A DNA stretch of 64,000 bases, from the NCBI GenBank assembly GCA_963514005.1, contig OY740806.1, positions 19,840,001 to 19,904,000 on the forward strand. The letters run 5' to 3'. Shown here one piece after another: positions 1 to 13,618 of the stretch. The stretch's first letter is position 1, and every line of letters starts with the position of its first letter. The translations under genes were made by a program, and so were the position numbers. Source of the stretch: Raja brachyura (lineage: Eukaryota). Below the pieces are notes generated by a model, which did no database searches, was not told the origin of the DNA, and saw only the letters and a list, made by a program, of their open reading frames with translations.

Positions 1-927
1 TCCATTTTACATTACCTGAGGATGGATGTGAGCATCAGTGGTGGGTGGGCAACACTGCAGGCCAATTATTATTTATTGTGTGTAATGTGCCTGTAATGTA
101 GCCGCAAGTGGTTGAGTTATGGGATTATCACAACATGGTAGGTAGGTAGGTAGGTAACACACCCAGCATCTGATTTATTTTCCAGACTGCCACAGAGCGA
201 GTTTGTGATTTCCTCTGCTCATTGTCATTATCAGGAAGCTGAGATTAATTGTATTTACCATTCACATTGCAGCAATGTCTTTGGGCAGAGTGTGCTTTCA
301 TTAATAAAGACCGTCAACTGTAAAACAAATTGACCAAAATAATAGCATAGCAACACATTATGCTCCGTGAAAACCAAGGCGTTGCTTTTGCACATGAAGA
401 TGAGTGACAAGAGAGAAAGATATGTGTCTTGCATCTTGTCATTCTGCTTGTCTACAGAGCTACTGCATTCACAATCTTGTTGTAAAATCATACTTGAACA
501 GACCGCTCATTTGCTAAGGATGATTTCTACTCATTGCAGCTCTTACAAATATGTTTTAGCAGCATTTTCTTGGCTGCTATAACACTACATGCTGCACTCT
601 GTTTATTTTCTCTTGCACTACCTAATGTACATGTATAGTACGAATTTTGTGGATGGAACACAAAACAACATTTTTGACAATATCTTATACATATGGCAAT
701 AGTAATTAAACTAAATTCTAAAAAAGCTTTTAGAGATATGGACGAAGCATTATTTTGTTTATACTCGGCATGTAGTTAGTTAACTTAGTTTGATAACAGA
801 GAGCCCACACTAAGAAGTTATTGATGTTTACTGTTCTCCTAACATTATAGATGTATAATTCCCCTGAACTGACTTCATAATGATGACCTCCTGAATTAAA
901 ATCTACATACATTGCAGCTTTAACGTC

Positions 928-1545
928 ATGAATTTGTTAGGGATCGATTGCGAGAGCTCCAACTGCAGGAGCTTCGACTGCCCCGGTCGCAGGAGCTGCG
1001 AATACCCCGATGTGGAGGATTTGATTCCCGACTGCGGGACCTTTGATTGCCCCAACTACGAAGGTGTCGATTGCCCCGACCGCGGGAGAAAAGGAGTGGG
1101 GAATGTGAGGTTGCCGATAAAACAAGATGGATGTGCTGCCTATACTGTTGAGGACTCTGTGGGAGTGCCATGAATGCCGTGATCTCGTTGTTTTACGGGG
1201 ACATGGCTCCATTAGGACATCCCACGAGTCTAGTGCGAATATGGACGGCCTTCTGACTGTTCGGGCGGACAGGGACTGCAGAGAGAGTGACAGCGGTCGG
1301 TACAACTCTGGTCACATCACATGAAGGAGCGTGCGTGTGTGGCTCGAACATTGAACTGATGGCTGTGGGTCTCCACTTATGCTGTGTGCCCTGGGGATTC
1401 TCACATGCTATTGTGGTGGATGTTTATGTTTAATTTTTGTACGGTTATATGTATCTTGTTGCTTTTTTGTATGACTGTTGGCAAATCAAATTCATTGTAT
1501 GCTTACTTACTTGGCTAATAAATTAATTGCAATTATAATTACAAT
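928..1545 (+). repeat. Interspersed repeat fragment with degenerate ~24-bp tandem units and an AATAAA/(AATTAC)n-like tail
   Basis: Repeated ttcgactgccccg..cgcaggagc-like units at 940-1090; AT-rich tail near 1517-1545; boundaries approximate. Confidence 0.5.
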
Positions 1546-1957
1546 TATTTTAATTACAGAAAAAGTGTTTAACCACCAGGAAAGTAGGTCAACATTATGG
1601 CATCGAGGGACCAAAACTTTTATCATATAGGTGACAGACAGGAATTAAGAAAAGTTGAAGAATCGTCAATGAGGAAGAGCTATGCAAAACCTACTTTCCT
1701 ATTTAAGTGCAAACTGCACATTCTATTGTAAATGTAATCTGCTACTTGCTTGTCCAAGTCTTGTGTTTATATATCCTCTGCAGTAAGACTGAAAAAAGTA
1801 TAATTCTATTTCAGGACTCTCTGATGTGCTGCACACTTTTGGAGTCGTATTGTGATGCAGAAATTGTGGAAATTCAAGTTGCATGGAGTGGGATCCCACA
1901 GTGAGTAAAGAGTGAAAACTCAGTCTATTGTTAAAAGATTAGAGTGCGGCAGCGTTA

Positions 1958-2330
1958 AGGGGCTGTCCGACTGTGGCGACCTAATTGGCGAGTTTAGGAG
2001 AGATTTAAAAAATGTCATGTTGAAGACTTCCTTCAACTATGTTGAAGACTTCCTTCGACCTCCTTCGACTATGTTGAAGACTAGCTATGACTAACTTCGG
2101 GAAAATTGGACACCGAATAGTGGAGAGTGAAGACGACCTCCTTCGACCTCCCTTCGACTTCCCTTCGACCTCCCTTCGACTATGATGAAGACTATCTACG
2201 ACTACCTTTGACTACCTTTGATTACCTTCGACAACCTCGATTACCTACGACTAACATGCCGACCTACTACGACTTACTACGACCTACTACTACTAAACCT
2301 ACGAGTAAAAAAAAGCATCGATTTTCATCA
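1958..2330. mobile_element. Truncated PIF/Harbinger-like non-autonomous element with internal CGAC-rich simple repeats
   Basis: TTA followed by AGGGGCTGTCC terminus; internal similarity to the 8544-9225 element; right end not found. Confidence 0.55.
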
Positions 2331-3739
2331 GGAACAGGAACAGGAACCAAGCATCAGGAACAACTGATTGCCAACATCTTTCCTTCACAAACTACCCTTT
2401 TATTGATCACTTTATTTTCATCCACTTTTTTTAATCTTCCCTTCAATGAAAGTTTTCAATACTGCACCACAAGTCCAGTTCTCTACTTTAGTATTTTTCT
2501 AGCTTTTTCCAATGAAATAAATATTGGCTATTAGTATAGTCCTAATAAACACAAGCTGGACGGAAGTAAGATCAACAATAAAGATATTATTCATTTTAAT
2601 TTGTCAATGCAATTGGAGGGTGTTCCAAATTAAGTTGACAGCTGTTCACTCACTGACCCGCCCTGTCATTCTGTAACAATAAGGAACTGCAGAAATTGGT
2701 TTATGCCAATGTTTAACCCTATTATTTTCATGCTTACAGGCTATTAACACATTAGTAATATGCTAGGGACGTACTTTCAGTTTAATCTATTGTGGAAGAG
2801 GCTTGCACTGGAGAGATGTCTGTGGCTGCTGAAGGGAGTGAATGGAAGTAATGAGAAAGCTTTTTCCAAGCAGCATCTATAAAGTAAACAGCTGTGTAGC
2901 ATGATTTGTATAAACATTAACAGAAATGCAGGAATCACATGGCTCCATGGACAAGGTCTGTGGAAAAAGCAACCAGTTAAAGTAAAACACCAAAAAAAGA
3001 CACCAAATGCTTGAGTAACTCAGCAGGTCAGACTACATTTCTGGAGAACATGGATAGGTGTTGTTTTGGGAAGAAGAGTCCCAACGGAATTGTCACCTAT
3101 TCCTATGTTCTCCAGTGATGCTTCCTGACCCATTGAGTCACTGCAGCACTTTTTGTCTTTATTTTTGTATAAACCAGCATCTGCAGTTCCTCGTATCTCT
3201 ACACAAAACAAAATGTGCTGGAGGAACTCAGCGTCTCAGGCAGCACATTGAGAGGGAATGGACAGGCAGCTTTTCAGGTCATGATACCTTCCTTGGTGGA
3301 ATGGTCCTGAACTGAAATTCACCAGTCCATTCCTATACCAGACCTGTTAAGTTCCTCCGGTACTTTGCCCAATATTTCTGTATCTTCAGTCTCTTGTATA
3401 TTCAGACAAGTTAGCGTTTCAGGTTGCAGACTCTTCATCAGGACTATCCCTATAAACATTAGCCTATTTCCATCAAACTAATTGGGTTCTGGAAATCAGA
3501 AATGCAAGCAGAAATCTTTTGAAGAAGGGTTTTGGTCCGAAACATTGCCTATCTCCTTCGCTCCATAGATGCTGCTGCACCCACTGAGTTTCCCCAGCAT
3601 TTGTGTACCCCAGCAGAAATCTTTTGCGGTCTCTTCTACCTACTGCATACCCTTGCACACTTAGCTGGCAACGTTTATTATCCCAAATCACAATTGCATA
3701 TCAGCAATTGCCAAACCAATATTCGGGTAATCTACTTCA

Positions 3740-4295
3740 CATATTCCCGACTCCACACGGCAGCTTTCCCGACTCCACACGGCGGTTTATTTTTCACCGA
3801 TCGGAACAAAACTTGGTGGCTTGGAGCAGAGGAGAACGGTGAGTAATGTGGCCAAAAAATCCTAGCGATATAGGGTTGCATTTTTGCGCATATTTTATTA
3901 CAGTGGTCAAGGTGAGAGTTTTAGTAATAGTATTGAGAATGATGTGAAACATATTCAACTTGAGATGTTTAGAGATCAGCACAAATCCGTGGTTTCCTGT
4001 CCACACCAACAACAACCATGCGAACAAAACAGTAAGTCATGAGTAGTATTTCTCGAAATTGGCAGGAAATTACTGACGTCAGATTCTATTTGTTTTGTGG
4101 GTCCCTTACAAAACAGGGATGGAAAAACAAAAATTGCTCTGAGATTAATTGCGCTGGTTTCTTCAAAGCGCAATGTTTGCCCACTTCCTCGTGGCAAGTT
4201 TCTGCATCGCATCCTTTGACGAGTACTGCCGAACTTAATATGTTTTGCCTTTGATCTCGTTGTTGTGCTTACAAAAAGATTCTGGTATCCACCTG
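3740..4295. repeat. Unclassified, probable DNA-transposon remnant
   Basis: Tandem duplicated ccgactccacacggc near the left end; CpG-richer than flanks; no termini identified. Confidence 0.3.
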
Positions 4296-5635
4296 CCAAT
4301 ACAAAAGAAATGATGTTGGAAGAAACTGCAGATACTAGTTTAAATCGAAGATGGACACAAAATGCTGGAGTAACTCAGCGGGACAGGCAGCATCTCTGGA
4401 AAGAAGGAATGGAAGAAATGTCACCCATTCCTTCTCTCCAGAGATGCTGCCTGTCCCGCTGAGTTTCACCAGCGTTTTGTGTGCATCTTCACAAAATAAA
4501 TGAAAGAAAGTCAGTAGAGAACACAATTTTCATAGTATTGTTATTTTGGGTCTTCTTGGTGTCATTCAATTGCTTTTGAAAGTGTTTAATTGTTCTTGAC
4601 TTCAGAAGAAGATTTGAAGAATCTTCTTAAGAAGGAGAATACTTGGAGACTCACCAGTCCAACAATATTGCCCTGGAGTCAACATACATTAAACATTGAC
4701 ATTGTACACATTGCTGTATTGGAAATAGAGAAAATATATATGAATGAAAAAACAATCTGCTTTTAGCTTATCTCACTGGTTATGAAAAACATTGGGAAAT
4801 GGGGAATTACTTGAAAAGACCTTTAAGGAAATGTCCTGCTAATATCGGCAACACTGTACAGTAGTGTCTCTCCTTCACCCACAATAAACAGTACACTTGA
4901 AAAAAACCTTAGTGTCAGAGTTGGAATGTGCAATGATGAGGAAAATGCTTGGATTTCAGGGACTGTCATTAACTCCAACAATCCTTATTCCAGGAGTTAT
5001 TGGGAATCATTAAACCCATGCATGTTTGCCTGAACATGAGGCCACTGCAGGCTACAAGCTTGAACTGCAATGATGATGAACCCCATGCTATATCGGGTAT
5101 GCCCCCCTTTACAAATTGCATCATGTGACTAATGGCTGTCTTCACAAATGTTTCAGTGCCAGACGTAGAATGCACAAGAAGATTCCTGTCCCTATGTAAA
5201 CTTTTCTTGTCTCTAATAAAGTAGCCTTGTTTCCTTGAATCACTAGCCATTTTGCAGTGTTTCAGAGCGGGAATCTGAGCTGCCAAGGTGCTCCTGGTGT
5301 GGGTTTTAGAAATGATATTTGAAGTCAGTAACCTGATAGCCTCCCAGCTTGAATGCAGTTGAAATGTTCTTTGGGGAATTGTTCAGCGTGGGATTGTTTT
5401 GTTATATTTAAATGTCAACCTGAAAAGTCTGTTCTGAGAAGCGAGCAGTTTCAATTAACACAAGAGTCAGAACAGTCCGTGAAATGTACTTTTTGTCACT
5501 TAAATCATTCAAAGGCACTGCATTCTGTGTTTTTCAACTGCCTCCATAATTCTCATTAATGGAACCATTAAATATTGAGAGAGATTGCAACTTACCAAGA
5601 CTGGGCTGGGGCCTCCAGCAATCAAAGATTTGCGC

Positions 5636-5748
5636 CTTGGATGCTGCTAAATGATCTGAAGGAAATTCATATTGACTTCCCATAAAACGGTGTCCATTTT
5701 ATGAGAAGTCAATATGAATTTCCTTCAGATCATTTAGCAGTTTCCAAG
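5636..5748. repeat. Near-perfect inverted repeat (hairpin)
   Basis: Arms 5644-5687 and 5697-5740 match at 43/44; extends outward through cttgga/tccaag and inward to a 3-nt loop. Confidence 0.95.
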
Positions 5749-6884
5749 AAACACTTTAGTTGAAAATCTTTTTTGTTATTTCAAAACTGGAGATAGAAAG
5801 GAGAGGTATTTGTACACCAATGCAGGTGAGAGCTTTGAAGGAGGCAGATATTCACAGGGAACAGGCATGAAAATAAAGCTTGGATCCATGAAATATCCTT
5901 AGGTCGATATCTCATAGCAGCCATGAACTCATGGACTTGTGAAACAGGAAAGAAGGGCCAAATGGCTCTACTTCTGCTCCTGTCCTCTCCGTCTGAAGTC
6001 TTCCAACTGGAATTGACACCAACCCCAACAGCACCAACCAGAATAGCATGAATGTACAAAATATTAGCCTGTGAATGACTCTAAAATAATTACCCCGCCA
6101 CTTATTTTGTTAGCTGAAATAAAACAAGTTAATGCTGGGAATACTCAGCAAGTCATGCAATATCTGCGGAGAAAAGCTAAGTTGGCCTTTCAGGTTGAGT
6201 AAGTGCCCTCAGCAATTTGCTTGCACTGGAAATCTCACTACAGCTGGATAATGAAGTAGGGAATGATTGACGTACATAGGAGTATGTGATATACAATGCA
6301 TTTATTGATTGCTGCTCTTAAGCAGATTAAAAGGAGCATTGACTTTTTTTGCACCCTGCCGAAATGTGGAAATCAGTGATCAGCAATATTAAATGTCATG
6401 TTAACAATCTCAATAAATCCTGGGTAAATTGTGCATGTCAGTAGGAGTCGGCTGGTCAAGGTTAGACTTTCCCACATTGTACAACTGGGACTTCTTTGAT
6501 AGGAACTAATTCATTTGTATAGCCTTTGTTGCTTCTGTCTCCAATGTGCACGAGTCAGTTTCTCTGCTGAAAATTACATCTAATCTGTTACTTACCTTAG
6601 ATCATAAATAGTTTTGAGACATGATTGAATGCTCCTAACCAAAAAGATTGTTAGTCCATTCCCTCCAGAGCTGCTGTCTGAACCGTCGAGTTACTCCTGC
6701 ACTTTGTGCTTTACTTAAGAGGTGTTTGTTTTCGAAAGATAAAAAGGTGCAACAGATGGTTTATTCAGCTGGTATCTGGTGTGTGGTTTCAAGGTTTGCT
6801 CATTGACTCAACCTTGATGTGTTGATTTAAAAAATGAGTACGAAAATGCACAGCCAGCCATTGTATGGAAATTGAGGCATACTG

Positions 6885-7136
6885 CCTTTCACACAGAGAG
6901 TGGTGAGTCTCTGGAACTCTCTGCCACAGAGGGTAGTTGAGGCCAGTTCATTGGCTATATTTAAGAGGGAGTTAGATGTGGCCCTTGTGGCTAAGGGGAT
7001 AAGAGGGTATGGAGAGAAGGCAGGTACAGGATACTGAGTTGGATGATCAGCCATGATCATATTGAATGGCGGTGCAGGCTCGAAGGGCCGAATGGACTAC
7101 TCCTGCACCTAATTTCTATGTTTCTATGTTTCTATG
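6885..7136 (+). mobile_element. CR1-type LINE 3' fragment
   Basis: FTQRVVSLWNSLP-type ORF2 end, 3'UTR and (TTCTATGT)n tail. Confidence 0.85.
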
Positions 7137-7414
7137 CTTTGATGATGCACATTTTTAATATCCATCGTGAATTGTCTCATTAGAAAACATAGAAACATAA
7201 AAAAATAGGTGCAGGAGGAGGCCATTTGGCCCTTCGAGCCTGCACCGCCATTCATTATGATCATGGCTGATCATCCACAATCAGTAACTCATGCTTGCCT
7301 TCTCCCCATATACTTTGATTCCGCTAGCCCCTAGAACTCTATCTAACTCTCGTTTAAATTCATCCAGTGAATTGGCCTCTACTGCATTCTGTGGCAGACA
7401 ATTCCACAAATTCA

Positions 7415-8226
7415 TAAGGGGAGTTGAGTACAGGAGCAAAGAGGTCCTTCTGCAGCTGTACAGGACCCTAGTGAGACCACACCTGAAGTATTGTGCGCGG
7501 TTTTGGTCTCCAAATTTGAGGAAGGACATTCTTGCTATTGAGGGAGTGCTGCATAGGTTCACAAGGTTAATTCCCGGGATGGTGGGACTGTCATATGCTG
7601 AGAGAATGGAGCGGCTGGGCTTGTATGCTCTGGAATTTAGAAACATGAGAGGGGAATCTTATTGAAACATGATTATTAAGGGTTTCGACATGCTAGAGCA
7701 GTGGTTCTTAACCTGGGGGTCGTGACCCCCTAGTGGGGTCGTTTGGGGCTTTGCCAGGGGACATGAAGGCGACACAAATAACATATCAATTTGTTGAGCC
7801 CATGTTTAGGAACCTAACAAAGGTACACACCACATACAGTGTTTTGTTCGCGAATGCGGGTACTGGTGCCAAAAAGGTTAAGAACCGCTGTGCTAGAGGC
7901 AGGAAACATGTTCCCGATGTTGGGGGAGTCCAGAACCAAGGGGCCACAATTTAAGAATAAGGGGTTAGCCAATTAAAACGGAGATGAGAAAACACTTTTT
8001 CACGCAGAGAGTTGTGAGTCGGTGGAATTCTCTGCCTCAGAGGGCGGTGGAGGCCGGTTCGCTGAATATTTTCAAGAGAGAGCTAGATAGCATTTAAAGA
8101 TAGTGGAGTCAGGGGATATGGGGTGAAGGCAGGAACAGGGTACTGATTGTGGATAATCAGCCATGATCACATTGAATGGCGGTGCTGGCTCGAAGGGCCA
8201 AATGGCCTTCTCACTGTCTATTGTCT
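7415..8226 (+). mobile_element. CR1 LINE fragment nested in an opposite-strand CR1
   Basis: LYRTLVRPHLKYC..FWSP motif; flanked by duplicated AAATTCA (7408-7414, 8227-8233). Confidence 0.88.
7699..7890. mobile_element. hAT (Charlie-like) MITE
   Basis: TIR CAGTGGTTCTTAACCT / AGGTTAAGAACCGCTG; perfect 8-bp TSD TGCTAGAG. Confidence 0.92.
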
Positions 8227-8543
8227 AAATTCACAACTCTCTGGGTGAAAAGGGTTTTTTTCTCATCACCGTTTTAAATGGCCTCCCCTTTATTCTTAGT
8301 CTGTGGCCCCTGGTTCTGGACTCCCCCAACATTGGGAACATTTTTCCTGCATCTAGCTTGTCCAGTCCTTTTATCATTTTCTGTCTCTATAAGATCCCTT
8401 CTCATCCTTCTAAATTCCAGTGAATACAAGCCCAGTCTTTCCAATCTTTCCTCATATGGCACATTATGCCATTCCTCATTAATTGATTATTATAGGTTTA
8501 TGCATATTATTTGAATATAATGGTTTGAGAGCAGGATGTCTTA

Positions 8544-9225
8544 AGGGCCGGCCCACTTGGGTGACTTCTCAGCATACTGCAGGCGACTTTCAAGTTCGTG
8601 GCACTCGCTGAAAAACCGGGAACTGGAACGGTGGGTGTCAGAGTGGAACATAAAAACACACAAGCTGGGGAGCGCTGTCTGAAATTCACACGGTGCAAAG
8701 CCAAGGTGATACAGCAACACACAATGAAGAGGAAGGTTAAGACGGCTAGCACAGAGTACGATAACTCCTTTAACAGCGGGGAGAAGGGGGGGGGGGGGGG
8801 GAGGAGTGGAGACTACTTCAGAGAAGCCAGACAACTTTTAATAAGCTAGAGATACACAGCTGTGAAGTTTGGCAGCCATTTAACATAACCGGTTGGTTCT
8901 CCTTGGTTCTGAAAACATGAAAATGCCTGGTCAGCAAAGGCGATTAACTAAAACTACCTACGACTAGCTCGACTACCTATAACTACATGGCGACCCCACT
9001 GCAACTTCACCTACGACTACAAAAGTATCGATTTTCTCCATGGCGACCAATTGTTGAAGAATTTGTAGCGACCATACTGAGGCCGCGACTAATTCCCAGA
9101 ATGCGGGAACTCCTCGCGACCATTAAAGAACTCACCAGAGACCACCAGCGAACATGTGGCGACCATGTGGCAAGCGCAGAGTCTCCTGCACTCACCTAAA
9201 AAGTTGCCTAAGTGGGACAGGCCCT
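8544..9225. mobile_element. PIF/Harbinger-like non-autonomous DNA transposon
   Basis: TIR AGGGCCGGCCCACTTGG / CTAAGTGGGACAGGCCCT; TTA TSD. Confidence 0.85.
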
Positions 9226-9959
9226 TTAGAGAGAGAATTTCCATAATTTTGTTGAAGGCCGTATTTGAACCATTCGTCCATTCTTTACTTAAATTCATGG
9301 TGTCATCAGATCCAATACATTCACTGTGTCAATAAGTTAATACATTTCATCTACAGAGAACCAATCCCAATTAAGTCAAACACAAAGTGATGGAATAACT
9401 CAACGGGTCAGGCAGCAACTCTGGGGTAATGGACAAGCGACTTTTCCGGTTGCGAGCTTTCACTTACGTGGCCTCTGTGAATATTACATCCTGAATCCAT
9501 GGCCCCAATTGTAACCATGTAAGAATGAGATGCTTCTCATCAGACACACACCCTGCCTGAAATCATCCACCACCAACTCTGGAACTGTCCGAGGCGACTC
9601 AAGGTGACCCAAAATCAAACCTATTTCCATATTGGCACTGGATGTAGGAATCATCACTGATGCATTTGTAAGGGTCTGATTTAGGTATAATTATTTCCAA
9701 TGATAGCTCTTACACGGAGAGCAATGTCTTCTGATTGTGCGTATGTCCAGTTGATTTTGATACCAATTTTCTGAGGCATTAAAATAAAGACAAATGGGGA
9801 ATTTATTTATTCATGCTTTGGACAAACTTCTCAAATCCAACATTCTTAAGAAACATTTTGCCATTACAAACCATCCCAGGCCTATATAAGGAGGTTTTTG
9901 GCTATTTGTTTCTCAACTTAAACTCAATACCGGTGAGTTTACTAAATTGGCATCATTTC

Positions 9960-10450
9960 TAGAGTCGTGGAGTAATACAGCACGGAAACAGGCCCTTCGC
10001 CTCAACTGGCCCATGCCAACCAAGACGCCCCATCTATACTGGTCCCACCTGCCCATGTTTGGCCCATATCCCTCTAAACCTTTTCAACCATGTACCTGTC
10101 AAAATGTCTTTCAAATACTGTTGTCGTACCTGCTTCAACTACCTCCTCTGGCAGCTTCTTCCAGAAACCCACTACCCTTTGTGTTAACTAAGTTGCCGCT
10201 CGGGTTCCTATTAAAATCTTTTCTCTCTCCTCTTATACATATGTTCTCTGGTTCTTGATTCCCCTGCTGTGGGTAAAAGACCCTGTCCATTCACCCTATC
10301 TATTCCTCTCATGATTGTATATACTTCGATCAGATCATCCATCACCCTCATACGCTCCAAGGAATACATTTCCAGCCTGTCCAGCCTCTCCCTCTAGCTG
10401 AGGACCTCAAGTCCCGGCAACATTCTCGTAAATCTTCTCTGAACTCCTTC
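9960..10450 (-). mobile_element. Degenerate CR1 LINE 3' fragment
   Basis: Similar to the other CR1 3' ends in the window; boundaries approximate. Confidence 0.7.
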
Positions 10451-10650
10451 TAGTTTTATATTTGGCCAGCAGATGGTGCAAGAACCACACTAGGATTCAG
10501 TACATAAATCAAAGTGCAGATAACTGCAGCAACTGTAGCAATTTATTTTCTGAAAGCAAGAAAACTACAAATATGGAGCCAAGTAAAAGTCCGATTATCC
10601 GACACACTTGGGAATTTGGAAGTTGGTTTATTGTCAAATTTTCCAGATTA

Positions 10651-11135
10651 TGAGATTGATCCCTGCGATGGCGGGACTGTCATATGAGGAAAGATTGAAA
10701 TGACTAGGCTTGTATTCACTGGAATTTAGAAGGATGAGGGGGATCTTATAGAAACATATAAAATTATAAAATAACTGGACAAGATAGATGCAGGAAAAAT
10801 GTTCCCAATGTGGGGCGAGTCCAGAACCAGGGGCCACAGTCTTAGAATAAAGGGGAGGTCATTTAAAGCTGAGGTGAGAAAAAACCTTTTCACCCAGAGA
10901 GTTGTGAATTTATGAAATTCCCTGCCACAAAGGGCAGTGGAGGCCAAGTCACTGGATGGATTTAAGAGAGAGTTAGATAGAGCTCTAGGGGCTAGTGGAG
11001 TCAAGGAATATGGGGAGAAGGCAGGCACGGGTTATTGATAGGGGACGATCAGCCATGATCACAATGAATGGCAGTGCTGGCTCTAAGAGTCAAATGGCAT
11101 CCTCCTGCACCTATTTTCTGTGTTTCTATCTTTCT
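10651..11135 (+). mobile_element. CR1 LINE 3' fragment
   Basis: LIPAMAGLSYEERL...FTQRVVN coding remnant plus 3'UTR and tail. Confidence 0.88.
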
Positions 11136-11271
11136 ATTATTGAATGTTATTCCTATTCACGCCCTACACGTTTTCAATTCATATGAAAAAATATTATATA
11201 GTATTGCTGTGCTATATTTTCTATGTTCTATAATATAAAAAAACAAATTCAACACTGGAGCTATTGTATCA

Positions 11272-11555
11272 ATAGACAATAGGTGCCGGGGTAGGCCATT
11301 CGGCCCTTCGAGTCAGCACTGCCATTCAATGTGATCATGGCTGATCATCCCCAATCAGTACCCCGTTCCTGCCTTCTCCCCATATCCCCTGACTCCGCTA
11401 TCTTTAGGAGCCCTATCTAGCTCTCTCTTGACAGTATCCAGAGAACCGGCCTCCACCGCCCTCTGAGGCAGAGAATTCCACGTTTCTCACAACTCTCTGT
11501 GAGAAAAAGTGTTTCCTCGTCTCTGTTCTAAATGACTTGCCCCTTATTCTTAAAT
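11272..11555 (-). mobile_element. CR1 LINE 3' fragment
   Basis: Reverse complement of the subfamily seen at 7415-8226, with (CAATAGA)n tail. Confidence 0.85.
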
Positions 11556-12899
11556 GATTTCTTAAATACTTAAATAGTTATTACTTTAGCTACCTCAACA
11601 AAGTAATTGGTTCTTGCTTGATACCCTTATTTTTCCAAAGTAGAATTGTTCTTCCTTGCTGATTATCTAGCTTATCCACATAATGCCTTTCTTATTCATC
11701 AGCAAAGCAGTTAGAGAAGACATCCAAATAATGGGCCAATTGATCACATGCGCCATCGTACTTGAGTACATTGATTACTCACAACTGATCACCACTGGAA
11801 AAGGCCTAGATATTTCACCAAATAGGGTGTAAACGTTAGTCACCGTCATGGAGAGATACAGCGTGAAAACAGACACTTTGACCCACCAAATCTGTGCCAA
11901 CATATTATATGTTATCATTATACTATGTTATAATACATTTAATGCACCAAACCAAATGTCTTTTAAGCAGATAACTGCTATGTTAAATGTATGCACAAGG
12001 TGGCGCACTGGTAGAAAAGTTAGGAACGGCATCTACAGTGCCAATAGGTATAACTATGATATGGCCTTGTACGGATGCAGACCAGTTCCACATATGCAAT
12101 ATAAGAGGTTAGTTCACAATCTGACCCCAGAATATAGTACAGAAGAGTAGTGAAAATCAAGCAAACACTTTAATGCCTCTGTTTATCACATTCACTATGA
12201 TCTTCTCCCCATGAATCTAAAATTCAGTTGGGCCATTTCTTGCATCTCTCCCTTTTTCTGTATCTCTCTGTCTCTGTCTCAGGAGACTTAACAATCTACT
12301 GACATTTCATATGGTACAACTGACTCCCACAATGATCTTCCTCCAACATGGTCACTTGTAAACATAGAAAATAGGTGCAGGACAAGGCCATTTGTCCCTA
12401 CGAGTCAGCACCACAATGCTGTAGGTCCACCTTTCTTTACTTTTCGCTCAGTGTCACTTTTTCTGTTGCACCTATTCTCACGAAGAGACTTTCCTTTCCA
12501 GAACATAGGCTCTGGTGAAGTTATTTTCATCATAGGTTTAAGGTAATAGGGGAAAGGCTTAATAGGAACCTGATAGGGTGGAGGGTGCATGGAACAAGCT
12601 GCCAGAGGAGGTAATTGAGGCAGGTATTGTCACTTGCAGCATCTATGAAACATTTAGACAGGTACATGGATAGGACAGGTTTAGTGGGACATGGACCAAA
12701 CGCAGATTGGAGGGACTAGTGTAGCTGGGACATGTTGGCCACTGTGAGCAAATTGGGCCAATGGGCCTGTTTCCACACTGTATGACCCTATGACTATAAC
12801 ATCTCAAATGTCCTCCAGGAAATGTGATTTCTCCTCTGCTGTGGTTGATGGACCTCCTGTTCACATTTCCTCCATTTAACACAGATACTATTCTTTAAA

Positions 12900-13480
12900 G
12901 TCTTTACCTTTCACCTTTCCACTAGCTGCGATGGGATCCCACCAGTAGTCACATCTTCCCCATCCCATCTCTTCTTGCTTTCCACAGGGGCCATTCCCTC
13001 TGCCGCTCACTAATTCACTTATCCATTCCCACCCACCTCTCCCTGCCTCCTGGCACGTTCCACTGCAACCGTAAGAGATGCTACACTTGTTCCTACATCT
13101 CTGCCCTAACTACCATCCAGTGACCTAAACAGAGCTTCCAGGTCAGATGTAGATTCACAATTTCCTACAACTTTGTCGATCAATTTGTATTCCTGATGTG
13201 ACCTCCTCTACATCGGCGAGATCATGTGTAGGTCAAGCAGCTGCCTTGTGGAATTGCTCTGTCCCTAATGGCTATTCTGACTTTCCAGTTGCCAGACCTT
13301 TCATCTCCCCTTCCTACTCACACTGACCAGTCTGTCCTAGGCCTTCTCATGACCATGGTGTGGCCTAATCCAGATTGGAAGAACAACACTTCAGATCTCA
13401 TCTGGGTAATCTACAATTTAGTATGAACAATGAAAAATGGATTATTACATGTGTTCATATCTCCAATTTCAGGTAATCCT
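12900..13480 (+). mobile_element. Degenerate Penelope-like element (GIY-YIG region)
   Basis: Similar to the 47470-47900 region in reverse orientation (ctctacatcggcgag = LYIGE). Confidence 0.7.
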
Positions 13481-13618
13481 GTGCTCCCTTTTCTCTCATT
13501 TTTGCCATTGTGTAAAAAAAGTTGCCCCTCAGATTCCTTTTAATTCCTCCTTCACTTTAAACCTATGTGCTATAGGTTGAACAAGGGCGGAAAAAAACAA
13601 TGTTCAGTTGTGCCACTG

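Larger units (their letters stand above)
7182..8460 (-). mobile_element. CR1 LINE 3' fragment interrupted by a second CR1
   Basis: Reverse tail at 7182; sequence breaks at 7414 and resumes at 8227 (YEERLERLGLYSLEFRR on the - strand). Confidence 0.85.

Noticed and set aside
928-1173. Cys-rich ORF with repeated DCP units
   Set aside because: Translation of a degenerate ~24-bp tandem repeat within an interspersed element; no gene context.
2020-2300. CRISPR-like or coding repeat array
   Set aside because: Irregular CGAC/CTAC simple repeats inside a DNA transposon in a eukaryotic genome; no repeat-spacer structure.
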